From contig CAUYUJ010000225.1 of the NCBI GenBank assembly GCA_963575745.1, positions 806,001-870,000 of the forward strand: a stretch of DNA of 64,000 bases, read 5' to 3'. The notes below the pieces were generated by a model, which was given only the letters and a program-made list of their open reading frames with translations, did not search any database and was not told the DNA's origin. This document shows positions 39,701-50,659 of this stretch, piece after piece. How positions within the stretch are numbered: the first letter of the stretch is position 1; the number at the start of each line of letters is the position of its first letter. The DNA is from Prorocentrum cordatum (lineage: Eukaryota). Made by a program: the position numbers and the translations under genes.

Positions 39701-41500
39701 GTGTGGTGTTTGAAAAACCCCCCACCCTGCAAAAACAAGCGCCAGGACCCACCACCGCGTCTGACACCCCCAGCCTCCTGGACCTTCGGTGCGTGGTGTT
39801 CGAAGGACCCCCCACCATCTTGCAAAAACAAACGCCAGGACCCCCCACCACCGCGTCTGACACTCCCAGCCTCCTGGACAATCTGTGTGTGGTGTTTAAA
39901 AAACCCCCCACCATGCACAAACAGGCGCCGGGACCCCCCGAGGCGTCTGACACCCCCAGCCTCCTGGACCGTCTGTGCGTGATGTGTTCAGGACCCCCCA
40001 CCCTGGACAACAACAAGCGCCAGGACCCCTCACCGCGTCTGACGCACCCAACCCCGTGAACCCGCGTGGTGTTTTGTAAGACCCCCCCACCCTGCAAGAA
40101 AAGGCGCCCAGACCCCCCACGGCGTCTAACACCCCCAGCCTCCTGGACGCCTGCGGGTAATGTTTTTTTTTTTTTTGTGAAAACCCCCCCACCCTGCAAA
40201 AACCAGCGCCGGGACCCCCCACCGCTTCTGACACCCCCAGCCTCCTGGACCCTCTGTGTGTGGTGTTTTAACTACCCCCACCCTGCAACAACAGGCGCCC
40301 GGACCACCCACCGCGTCTGGTACCCCAAGCCTCCTGGACTCTGTGCGTGTGGTGTTTGAAGCCCCCCCTTCAAAAACAGGCGCCGGGACCCACCACCACC
40401 GCGTCTGACACTCCCAGCCTCCTGGACCATGGGTGTGTGGTGTTTGAAAGACCCAGGGGGGCCCCGTCCTGCAAAAACAGGCGCCCGGACCACCGACCGC
40501 TCTAACACCCCCAGCCTCCTGGACCCTCTGTGTGTGGTGTTTGAAAAACCCCCCACCCTGCAAAAACAAGCGCCAGGACCACACACCGCGTCTGACACCC
40601 CCAGCCTCCTGGACTCTCTGTGTGTGGTGTTTGAACCCCCCCTGCAAAAACAGGCGCCGGGACCCACCACCACCGCGTCTGACACTCCCAGCCTCCTGGA
40701 CCCTGGGTGTGTGGTGTTTGAAGACCCCGGGGAACCCCGTCCTGCAAAAACAAACGCCGGGACCCCCAACCGCTTCTGACACCCCCAGCCTCCTGAACCC
40801 TCTGTGTGTGGTGTTTAAAAAACCCCCACCATGCAAAAACAGGCGCCAGCGACACCCCACCGCGGCTGACGCCTGACACACCCAGCCTCCTGGACCCTCT
40901 GTGCGTGGTGTTTTCAGGACCCCCCACCCTGCACAAAAAGAGACGCTTGAAACCCCCACCGCGTCTAACACCCCCAACCCCCTGAACCCTCGTGTGGTGT
41001 TTCACGGACCCCCCACCCTGCAAGAACAGGCGCCGGGACCCCCAACCGCGTCTAGACGCGGTGGGGGGTCCTTAGAACACCGCGTCTAGACGCGGTGGGG
41101 GTCCGTCTAGACGTCTAGGCACCGGTCCAGGAGGCTGGGGGTGTCAGCTGACACCCGCAGCCTCCTGGACTCTCTGTGTGTGAGGACCGACCCCCCACCC
41201 TGCAAAAACTGGTGCCGGGACCCCCCACCGCGTCTGACATCCCCAGACTCCTGGAGCCTACTTCGAATTTCAGAGTTCTGACACCCACAGCCTCCTGGAC
41301 TCCTGTGTGGTGTTTGAAGGACCCCCCACCCTGCAAAAACAGGCGCGGGGACCCCCCACCGCGTCTGACATCCCCAGCCTCCTGGAGCCAACTCCGAATT
41401 AAGAGGTCTGACACCCACAGCCTCCTGGACTCCTGTATGGTGTATGAAGGACCCCCCGCCCGGCAAAACCAGGCGCGGGGACCCCCACCGCGACTGACAC
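36715..41500. repeat. ~85-bp satellite array (ccccaccctgcaaaaacaggcgccgggaccccccaccgcgtctgacacccccagcctcctggaccctctgtgtgtggtgtttgaag)
   Basis: About 4.8 kb of diverged tandem copies, interrupted at about 38155-38370. Confidence 0.96.
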
Positions 41501-42097
41501 CCGAGGTGGCAACGCTTACTCTGGATGGCACGCCCACTCTGGATGGCGAAATAATCGGGGATGGGGGTGACGAACCAACGTGCCTCACGACAACCCAAGA
41601 GGCGCCCTAAACGCCTCAAGAACGCCCCGCGAGGAACTCGAAGAGGGCTTCGAAAAGCGGAAAATCAATCAATGCACATTGGCTTTTGCAACAAATCTAC
41701 GCGCAGGAGACCCCAAGACGCCTCCGCGACGGCCCCAGAGGATCCGACAAGCCCAAAGTAGAACCTCACGCCCCGATCCCCCCCAAAAAGCATCAGCTGA
41801 GGTCGGCGGCAGAGGCGGCAGCCTTTAAATAAATTCGCCGGCCCGTCGCAAGTAAAGACCTCCCTGGGCATTTGCCCAATCGGGGAAAAGTAGCGCGGAG
41901 CGGTATTCCAAGGAAACTCGGGTGATCCAGCTGGCCCAGTATTGTGAGGAATACGACAACAAGAGACGAAAACACAAGGAAAACGAGATCGACCCACGCA
42001 CCTGGAAAGGGAAGTAGAACTGCGAGGCATGGGCACGCTTCAAAGCACCTCAAGTGGGCGATGGGCAGTGGCAAAACTGAGTGTATCGATGATGATG

Positions 42098-42171
<74 letters not shown>

Positions 42172-42509
42172 ACTGTGCCAGGGGCTGCGTTGTGCTGCGC
42201 TGCGCTGTGCCGCGCCGCACGGTGCCGTGCCAAGAGACGCGTCATGGGACTTGCCAGGTGACGCGCCGCGGGACATGCATGCCAGGGCCAGGGGGACGCG
42301 CCGCGAAACGTCCCAATGGACGCGCTAGGGGACGTGCCAAGGGACGCATCTCGGGACTTGCCAGGGGGACGCGCCACGGAACGTGCCAGTAGACGTGCCA
42401 AGGGACGCGAAGCGTTACGTCTCAAGGGGACGCGCCACGGGACGTGTCAGGGAACGTGCCAGGTGACGCGCCAGGGGACGTGACAAGGGACGCGTCAGAG
42501 AACGTGCTA

Positions 42510-42776
42510 CGGTGGGCGGACAAAAAGTGTCCACACTTGTCGCGCCAAGACAACTCGTCGTCAAATCACGTCGAACGAATATGTATACCCCCCTTTCCCC
42601 CAACTCAAAGTTGGCGGGGTTAGGCGGCAGGCCGCGCGCCAGGGACAAAATGTGGGCACTTCAACTTCGGGTTTTGGGGGGGAGGGGTGCGAGGCAAGTG
42701 CATCATGCTGCTGCGGTTGTTATCACGTCGCAGTGTCTTGCCGCCCTGGGTGTGGACACTTTTTGTCCGGGCACCG
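42510..42776. mobile_element. MITE with 27-bp terminal inverted repeats, preceded by TA
   Basis: Left TIR cggtgggcggacaaaaagtgtccacac; right TIR gtgtggacactttttgtccgggcaccg (25/27 complementary); absent from the paralogous site at about 60648. Confidence 0.85.
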
Positions 42777-43152
42777 TCCGGGTTAGATGTGATTGGTGGT
42801 TTCATGGTGTCATCGTGCTTGCATGCGTGCGTGCATTTAAGTGTGTTGGTGCGTGCTTATGCGTCCAGCACGACACGTAATTAGATGACGATGTGCGCGT
42901 ATACGGAACCACGGGACACCCGCAAAACCACCGCGGGACAACCCATGGGACAACCCGCGGGACCACCACGGGACAACCCAAGGGGCAGCCCTCGGGACAA
43001 CCGTGGGACTACCCACGGGACAGCCACGGGACAACCTACATGGCCACTTCGAAACAGGGTCTGGGGGCCCACCACCGTCTGGCTCAAATCACGAGGCCGA
43101 CGCCGGGCTCCCCCGCCGTCGCCTCCGACGGCGCGGAACTGGCATAACTGGG

Positions 43153-43336
43153 TAGAACTGGTCGTAGAACTGGTCATAGAACTGGCCCATTAAAAATAGG
43201 GTCCGGCCTAGAACTGGTCGCATTTAGATGAAGAGTTATTGATATTCTCACATTTTCTTTAATTGGACCGACCAGTTCTAGGCCGGACCCTATTTTTAAT
43301 GGGCCAGTTCTATGGCCAGTTCTATGACCAGTTCTA
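43153..43336. mobile_element. Hairpin / MITE-like element with 68-bp inverted arms and a 48-bp AT-rich spacer
   Basis: Arms 43153-43220 and 43269-43336 are reverse complements with 2 mismatches and are built from tagaactggtc subrepeats. Confidence 0.85.
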
Positions 43337-43853
43337 TCAGTTCTATCCAGTCCTATCACCACCAACATCAACACCAACAACAGCATCAACATCAACATCG
43401 TCGACATCATCAACATCACCAACATTATCGACATCGCCAACATCACCGACATCATCAACATCATAACCATCAACATCGACACCAGCATCAATATATTTAA
43501 CATCATCAACATTAACATCGTCGACATCACCAACATCACCAACATCATCGACATCGCCAACATCACCGACATCATCAACATCCGCCGTCCTCCGCACCTC
43601 TCCTCCCCCCTCTGTCCGTGCTCGGGCTTTCGCGCGAGACGCACTCACATTTACGGCGCGGGCGTTGGTTAAGGAATGCGCCCAGGAGGCATCAGACCCT
43701 GGAGGATTCCTTATCCGATGAGGGCGGTGGCGATGCCCATGGCCGATCCACAATTGGAGGTCCACTGGCTTCGAGACCCTGGATTCCTTATCCAACGATT
43801 CCTTATACGAGCCAACTCACGACGACGGCCCCTCCCGCGGCAGCCCGCGGGCC

Positions 43854-44926
43854 ATGGCGCCGGCACAACTGGACCCTGCTGGCATCATCCCAGGCGCGAA
43901 GCAGACGCCTCTCTGGTCCTGCTCCTGTGGCTGTGATGGGAACTGGGCGTCCGGGATCCGCTGCCGCCAGCGCAGGAAGGCGGCTTCCACCAAGGTTGTA
44001 CAGGCAGCCAAGCGCTCGGCAGCAGCAGCAGAAGGGCCAGCACCCAGCACGTCTCGCCCGCGCGGGGCCTGGGCGCAGGGGCCGCCAGGACAGGGGCAGC
44101 TTCTGGAGCAGCTGCAGAGGCTGCAGAAGCAGGTGGCTGAGCTCAAGGGCGAGGCCCCGCCGCAGTCGAAGCCCTGGAAGGAGCGCAAGCCCCCGTCCAA
44201 GAAGGCTGCGGTGGAGGGCCCCGGCATCTCCTACAAGGACGTTGTCACCTTCTTGGCGAAGGAGGGGCTCGACACCAGCGCGGTGGAGGCAGCAGAGAAG
44301 GCGGCGGAGTCGAAGACGCTCGAGAGCAAGCAGCCTTCGGCTCAGACGCAGCGCTGGCGGGTCAAAGCCATGCGCGACAAGATCAAGAAGCTCGAGGCCC
44401 GAGAGGCCGCCATTCAGGAGCAGCAGGCCGCCCTCGACAAGGAGCTCCAGGAGCTCAAGGTCTCGATCGAGGAAGAGAACCAGAAGCTCACCGAGGGGGA
44501 GGCCAAGCTGGTCAAGCTCCAGGCCAGCGAGTTCCCCGACCGATCCAGGTGGTCGCAGCGGGCTTGGACGAGGACGTTGCAGCCAGCCAGGAGGCCAAGG
44601 ACGCCCTCGCAGTCCTCGCCCGTCTGCAGTCAGCAGCCAGCGACAGCAAGAAGGCAGCGGCCGCCGCCAGGGATGCTGCTGCTCCTCCTGGTGCTGCTGC
44701 TGGGGCGGCAGACGCAGGCGGTGAGCACACACCAGTGCCAGAATCAGACGACATCGACATGGAGCTGCTTGGAGGCGAAGGCTGGGAGGAGAAGCACGAG
44801 GAGTATGCAGCAGCCTCAGCAGCCCTCAGGGAAGCGGCCCCCGAGCAGCGGGAGGAGGCGAAGCGCAAGCTGCGCGACGCTCTGGACGCGCTCTGGGCTG
44901 CAGGCAAGCGGCCGCGGCGCCTTTGA
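43854..44926 (+). pseudogene. LINE ORF1 (N-terminal RanBP2-like Cys motif plus coiled coil), one frameshift at about 44540
   Basis: WSCSCGCDGNWASGIRC motif and heptad-rich KIKKLEAREAAIQEQQAALDKELQELK; the reading continues in frame 44549..44926 and ends GKRPRRL. Confidence 0.75.
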
Positions 44927-45068
44927 GCCCAGGCCCATCGAGTGCTCGGAGGAGCAGAGAGGCCAAGGGACAGACCTCGTCTGCGAGGCGTCGAGCCGCC
45001 CCCAGCCGCGGGCTAAGGCGGCAGGAGCTGCGGCACACGGCACAGCAGTGGTGCTCTAGCTGGCCAAG

Positions 45069-48000
45069 TTGGCGCGGCCCGTGGCGAAGCAGGGTGCCAG
45101 CATCCTCAGCATCAACGGCTCCACGTGGGCGGAGTCCCAGACGGCCCTCGAGATGCTGCTGGACGCGAAGGTCAGGGACGACGTGTACCTCGTACAGGAG
45201 ACGAGGTTCACCTCGGCGCTAGCTGAGGGCTCGGCCCGAGCCTGGTGCAAGAGGAACAGCATCAACGCGGCCTTCGGCGAGTGCCGCAGCACAGGGACGG
45301 CTGTTCAAGCCGTCTCCTCAGGGGTCGCCGTGTTGGTCGGTGAACATCGCGGAGTGGCCAGGATCGACCAGACCTGGGGCCAGCGCGCTTCCAGGATAGT
45401 TGCGAGGCGCGTCGCCTTCGGGGACCTGGTGGTGGTGTGCGTGAGCCTGTGCCTGCAATGCTCGGTCAAGCTCAATGAAGCCAACGTGGACCTCTTGAGC
45501 GAACTGCAGGGCTTCCTCCTTGGCCTGAGCGAGCCCTTCGTTGTGGGCGGAGACTGGAACTTGGAGCCCAGCCTCCTCAGCAGCTCGTGGTGGCCACGAG
45601 CTGTGGGAGCAGTGATTGTGGCGCCCGATGAGCCGACGTGCGGGGAGAGCACGTACGATTTCTTCGCGATCTCGGACGCACTGGCAGGGCTAGGGCCGAA
45701 AGTGACGGTGCTCAGACAGGCGACGACGTACCCGCACATCCCAGTCAGGCTCACCTTCGAGAAGCTGTGCAGCCAGGCAGGGGTCTGGGTGCAGAAGGGC
45801 CCCAAGCCGTTCGAGCTGCCAGGAGCGAAGCAGGAAGGGATCCAGCCTGAACCTGAGGAAGAGGACTCCCTAACGGACTGGAAGGCGCCGCTCCTGGACG
45901 AATGCGGGAGCCCGAACGAGGCGATCAAGGAGTTCTTCGACAAGGCCGAGGGGCGCCTGCTCCACCTCTTCGGCATCAAGGACGGGGCCAAGTACCGTGG
46001 CAGGGCGCAGGGGCCCAAGAGGGTGCCCAAGCAGCTCATCCACCTCCTGCGCTCGGAGGAGGTGCGCAGGACCAGCCCGCTAACGCGCTGCTGGATTACA
46101 TTGGGGCGCCTGGCCACCCAGCTGGCTTCCGCGGCTGCGGTGCCCCACCCTTCGCCCAGACACCTCAAGCACGTCAAGAGACTGCAGTCGGCCGCCCTTG
46201 ACCTGGCCCCCAAGTTCGAGGCACAAGGCTGCGAGATGTTCGGCGGCAACAAGATGTCGACGATGCTGGCGGAGATCTTGGACAGGTCGGAGCAGGGCAG
46301 CCTTTTCCTCCAAGCCATCAGCGCTACCTCGGAGGTCAAGCGCAGGGAGGACGTGAAGCTGGCCAGGCAGCGCTGGAAGGACTTCATGAGCGAGTCCCTC
46401 AGCGGGAACGGCAAGGGCGCTCACGCGATCAGCAAGCAGGGCAACCACGAGTCCTGCTCCATCCTCGGGCCTGAAGGAGTGGAGGCCCCCCCAGCCCCGC
46501 TGGTCGGACAGCAGGCCTTGGATAGGATTCTTGAAGAGTGGAAGGCGCTTTGGCACAAAGAGGGCCCAGCCAGCGTCCGACCCGAGAACTGGGACGAGCC
46601 CTTGGGGTTGGACGCCATCACGGAGGACGAGGTGCTGGCTGCAGCGAGGTCCTTTCCCAGGAAGACGGCGCTGGGTTGGGACGCCTTCCACCCCAGGCTT
46701 ATCCTCAGCCTTGGCAGGGAGTACGCGACCAGGCTGGCAGCGATCTTGACAGCCTGGGAACGGCACCCCAAGCCGTCGGAGCTGTTCACCACGATCATCG
46801 TCTTCTTGGGGAAGCCCGACGGGGGACGCCGCCCGATCGGGCTCCTCTGCAGTTGGCTGCGGATTTGGAGCCGCATCAGGCGCAAATGCTGTGCGGGCTG
46901 GGAGAGGGACCACAAGCTCCCCGAGTACTGGGGGGCAGACCCAGACACCAGCTGTGACAGGGCGGCATGCATTCACAACCTTCTGCTCGGTCTGGCGAGA
47001 GAAAAGAACTTCGAGGCTGCGTCCGTCTACTTCGACATCAGCAAGTTCTATGAACAGATCAACCATGGGCTGCTCCTCGACGCGGCGAGGGGCTGCGACT
47101 TCAACGCGGGTCTGATCCAGGCGCTTTGCGTGCTGTACTCAGGCCCCCGCAGGGCCAGGGCCGACCTGGCCCTCAGCGAGCAGCTGGACATCGACGACAC
47201 CGCCATCGCGGGATGCTCCTGCGCCACGACGATGGCGAGGATTATGCTGTACGACCTCCTGCTAAAGTCGAGGAAGATGTTGCCGATCGGTAGGGTGGTC
47301 AATGTCATCGACGACATCTCGGGCCACGGCATTGGCACGCGCAGGCTGGTCGTTGAACAGATCGCCAGGTTCACCAAGGGAGTGGCAACCATGCTGGGCG
47401 ACAAGAGGCTCCCCATCAACTGGAAAAAGACCAAGGCACCGGCTTCCTCGGTGAGTCTGAGGAGAGCTCTGCAGAAGCACGCCGACTGGGTCCTAGCTGA
47501 CGAAGCCTTCGTCTCGGGACACCGCGACCTTGGAGGGGATGCGACGGCTGGCGGCCACCGCAGGGTCGAGACGCAGGTGTCCAGGGAATTGGCGGCTTTG
47601 AGGCAGGGCAACAACCTCACCAGGATCTTCGGCGCAGGAATGAGGCAGGCCAAGATCCAGAGGGCTGGCCCCACAGCAAAGGCCCTATGGGGCTCGGCCA
47701 TCAACGGAATCCCGCCAGGGCGCATGAGGGCTCTCAGGGTCGCCGCGGCGAAAGCCGCCTGCAATTTGCCGACGGGGGCGGCGCTGACCTTCTGCCTGCA
47801 GTGCGCCCCCCAGGGCTGGAGACAGGATCCGCTGGTGATTGCGACGGGCCTGGCAGTCCAGGCGTTCGTATCTATGTGCTGGTCGGGTCAGGCCTCCCCT
47901 GCCGCAGTGCAGGCCTGCCTCAGGGACAGCAGGCGACTGGCCTCGATGCAGAGGCCCTGGGCAGCGGTGCGCGACCCCGTCTCGGCGCTGGTGCTCACGC

Positions 48001-48242
48001 TGGGGAGGGTCGGCTGGGGGCTCAGCGCTGGCGGACGGGTCCTGACCGACAGGGCGGGCAGGGAGTTCGAGGTCTCCAGGTTCTCGCCCGCCTTCCTCGC
48101 CGCCAAGGTCAAGGAGGACACGCGTCAGGCGGCGTCGCTGGAAGAGTACACCAGCAGGCCCGAGACCTTCTGGCAGTGGCGACTGCCGCCGCGGTGGACG
48201 CCGATCAACCAGCTCCTAGGCGCCAAGGAATCGGCAACCTGA
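45069..48242 (+). CDS. LINE ORF2, part 1: apurinic endonuclease + reverse transcriptase
   Basis: APE motifs LSING, LVQET, SSGVAVL, GGDWN, TYDFF, HIPV; RT motifs ALGWD, KPDGGRRPIGL, FDISKFYE, AIAGCSCAT, NVIDD, LPINWKKT, RDLG. The true start is uncertain. Confidence 0.9.
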   Translation: MARPVAKQGASILSINGSTWAESQTALEMLLDAKVRDDVYLVQETRFTSALAEGSARAWCKRNSINAAFGECRSTGTAVQAVSSGVAVLVGEHRGVARIDQTWGQRASRIVARRVAFGDLVVVCVSLCLQCSVKLNEANVDLLSELQGFLLGLSEPFVVGGDWNLEPSLLSSSWWPRAVGAVIVAPDEPTCGESTYDFFAISDALAGLGPKVTVLRQATTYPHIPVRLTFEKLCSQAGVWVQKGPKPFELPGAKQEGIQPEPEEEDSLTDWKAPLLDECGSPNEAIKEFFDKAEGRLLHLFGIKDGAKYRGRAQGPKRVPKQLIHLLRSEEVRRTSPLTRCWITLGRLATQLASAAAVPHPSPRHLKHVKRLQSAALDLAPKFEAQGCEMFGGNKMSTMLAEILDRSEQGSLFLQAISATSEVKRREDVKLARQRWKDFMSESLSGNGKGAHAISKQGNHESCSILGPEGVEAPPAPLVGQQALDRILEEWKALWHKEGPASVRPENWDEPLGLDAITEDEVLAAARSFPRKTALGWDAFHPRLILSLGREYATRLAAILTAWERHPKPSELFTTIIVFLGKPDGGRRPIGLLCSWLRIWSRIRRKCCAGWERDHKLPEYWGADPDTSCDRAACIHNLLLGLAREKNFEAASVYFDISKFYEQINHGLLLDAARGCDFNAGLIQALCVLYSGPRRARADLALSEQLDIDDTAIAGCSCATTMARIMLYDLLLKSRKMLPIGRVVNVIDDISGHGIGTRRLVVEQIARFTKGVATMLGDKRLPINWKKTKAPASSVSLRRALQKHADWVLADEAFVSGHRDLGGDATAGGHRRVETQVSRELAALRQGNNLTRIFGAGMRQAKIQRAGPTAKALWGSAINGIPPGRMRALRVAAAKAACNLPTGAALTFCLQCAPQGWRQDPLVIATGLAVQAFVSMCWSGQASPAAVQACLRDSRRLASMQRPWAAVRDPVSALVLTLGRVGWGLSAGGRVLTDRAGREFEVSRFSPAFLAAKVKEDTRQAASLEEYTSRPETFWQWRLPPRWTPINQLLGAKESAT

Positions 48243-50239
48243 CGGCCCACCACAAAGGTTGTCTAAGACGCCTTGCTTCCTGGGCCAGCTGGCCCCAGGC
48301 CCGTTTGGCAAGGCATGGGCGTGAGATCGACCCACTGCGCAGACTCTGCGGCGCCGCCCCTGGGACGATGCACCACAAGCACCACGAGTGCCCAGCATGG
48401 GCGCATTGGAGGCGGGACTACTGCCCGCTCCAGGTGAGGAAGGCGGCGGAGCAGGTCCACCGCATGGGGACCCCCTTCGACGAGCTCTTCAGCCAGGGGC
48501 TCTTCGCGGACATCAGCCTCCCCGTTGTCAGGCCAGTGTGGAACGACAGCTGGGCGTGGAGATTCTGCGGCTGGGGGGGCGGCAGCTTGGTGGTGCCAGA
48601 CGGGTCCTTCGTTTTCACTGACGGCTCGTGCCTGAATGGGGACTTCCCGCACGTCAGGAGCGCGGGGTGGGCCGTCATCGTGCACGGGCCCGATGGGAGG
48701 ATGCTCGCCGAGGCATGGGGAGCAGTGCCCCCCAGCGACCTCCCGCCGCAGACGGCAAAGGCAGGGGGGGACTACGCCGCCGCCATTGGCCTCGCCGACA
48801 TCATCGGGAACTACACGCTGCTCAGCGATTGCTTGAGCACGGTGAAGGCGGCTTCCAACCTGGCCAAGGCCTGCGGCCCCAGCTCCCTGCACGCCCACGT
48901 GTGGGCCAGGGTCGGGGACGCAGCGGAGGGCGTAATCATACGCCACGTGCCAGCCCACCGCTCCGAAGCCGCGGTGAGAGACGGGGAGCTCACCCACTTC
49001 GAGCTCTTGGGCAACAGGCGTGCCGACACCAGGGCAAAGGAAGGGGCTGCCTTCCACGCCATTGCAGAGCAGGACGCCATGATGCTGGAGGGCTGCCTAG
49101 CTCGGGCGAAGGAGGTGGCCAGGTGCGCGGCGGACCTGGAGGTGCACATCACCGAGTCGGGGCTCAGGGACGCCTGGCCGCTCTCCTCACTGGACCTGGT
49201 GGACCTGGACCCCTTCGCCCCGTCGCCCGACCTGGAGCAGCTGCTGGAGGACGAGGGGTCGGCGGCCCGCGGCTCTGGAGGCTTGGAGGCCGCGGGAGTC
49301 GCGGCGAAGGCGGCGGCGGCAGCGGCCAGCCAGGGATCCCAGGCCCAGGAGAGGGCTGACATGAAGGCCCACATGAAGGAGGATGCAGGTGACGGGCCAG
49401 TCAGGCCCAGTGAGCCAGCCGCAGACGCGCCCAGCGCGTCCGCGGCCCTGTTTCGTGCTGTACAGCGCAGCCGCGCGGACAAGGCGCAGCGGGCGTCGAC
49501 CTCGGCCGCTGGCGCACAGTGCCCGCCCACGTCGGCTGAGTCGAACCCCTCGCCCACTCCCTCAGCGGGGGCCTCCCCTGCCGCGGGGGCCGCCGACCAG
49601 CCTCGGAGAGCCCTCTCGGGCCCTGCTGGGCAGGTGGGGCCCCCTGGGGCTTCTTTTGTTTCTCCCGACCCTGGTGGGTCGGGGGTCTGGGAAGTCAACG
49701 GCCACCGTCTAAGGGAATCCCGAGCCTCTGGCAGCGATTCCCCTGAGTTTTTGGTCTGTGTGACGTGCTGGACGTATTGCCTGACGCCCCAGTACTGCCA
49801 CCGAGGCCTGGCCAAGGCCTGTGGAGGGGCACAGCGTGCTGGTGACCCCAGGGCCAAAAAGGGCTCCAGGGCGCAAGCGCGCAATGATTTCGCGAAATCA
49901 CTCCTGCCAAAACTCAAGCAGCCAATTGACCAGCTGGCTCGGCCCTCTGCGGCCACCCGTGCCAGGTGGGCCGAGGCGCTGGGCACGTTTGCGGGCACGG
50001 AGGACAGGCAAGTCCTTGGGGCCTCTGTTGATTCTCGAGCCCCAGCTGTGGAGCCCCGTGAGGTGCGCGGTCGGGCACCCGTCCCGCCTGCCCCAGTGAG
50101 GCTGTTCCGCCCAGGGCTTGAGGGAGCCCTGGGCTCTTTCGGCTTTGCCAGCTCTGCCGAAGCTCAGGAGCGTGGCAGGGCTGCCAGAGTGGCCAGGATC
50201 GTGGACCCCAGACCCGTGATCGGGCGGAGCGCGGAGTGA
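48229..50239 (+). CDS. LINE ORF2, part 2 after a frameshift: zinc finger, RNase H and C-terminal Cys/His domain
   Basis: LCG...TMHHKHHECP; RNase H motifs VFTDGS, GWAVI, LSDC, HVPAH, GNRRADTRAK; C-terminal GHRL...CVTCWTY...LAKAC. Joins part 1 by a frameshift near 48228. Confidence 0.85.
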
Positions 50240-50410
50240 CGGTGGCCGTGCTTCGGGGTCTGGTCCTGGCGGGCTGCGGGTCCGCGCAAGCACTGCTTGC
50301 TGGGCCGTAAGTCGGCCTCGGAATTTGTTGTTGCATGACAAAGCCCCATGGTGATAGGATAAAAAAATGCCCTCGCCGTATTGTAGCACCAATCAAGAGC
50401 ATGAGAACCA

Positions 50411-50658
50411 CGGTGGGTGGACAAAAAGTGTCCACACTTGTCGCGCCAAGACAACTCGTCGTCAAATCACGTCGAACGAATATGTATACCCCCCTTTCCC
50501 CCAACTCAAAGTTGGCGGGGTTAGGCGGCAGGCCGCGCGCCAGGGACAAAATGTGGACACTTCAACTTTGGGTTTTGGGGGGGAGGGGTGCGAGGCAAGT
50601 GCATCATGTTGCTGCGGTTGTTATCACGTCGCAGTGTCTTGCCGCCCTGGGTGTGGAC
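50411..50658. mobile_element. Second direct copy of the 42510 MITE, truncated inside its right TIR
   Basis: Nearly identical to 42510-42757; stops at gtgtggac. Confidence 0.9.
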
Positions 50659-50659
50659 T

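Noticed and set aside
35800..41500. 58-bp and 85-bp arrays as CRISPR or coding repeats
   Set aside because: Whole units are homologous and carry frame-breaking indels, so they are ordinary satellites.
43803..49998. Long antisense ORFs over the LINE (e.g. 45305..46414, 48811..49998)
   Set aside because: These are shadow ORFs of GC-rich coding sequence with no motifs.
45069..50239. DNA methyltransferase cargo, as known in some dinoflagellate retrotransposons
   Set aside because: No C5-methyltransferase motifs (FxGxG, PC, ENV) were seen in the expected arrangement.
42510..50658. LTR retrotransposon interpretation of the direct terminal repeats
   Set aside because: The repeats have TIRs rather than TG...CA ends, and the interior encodes APE-RT-RNase H with no integrase or protease.
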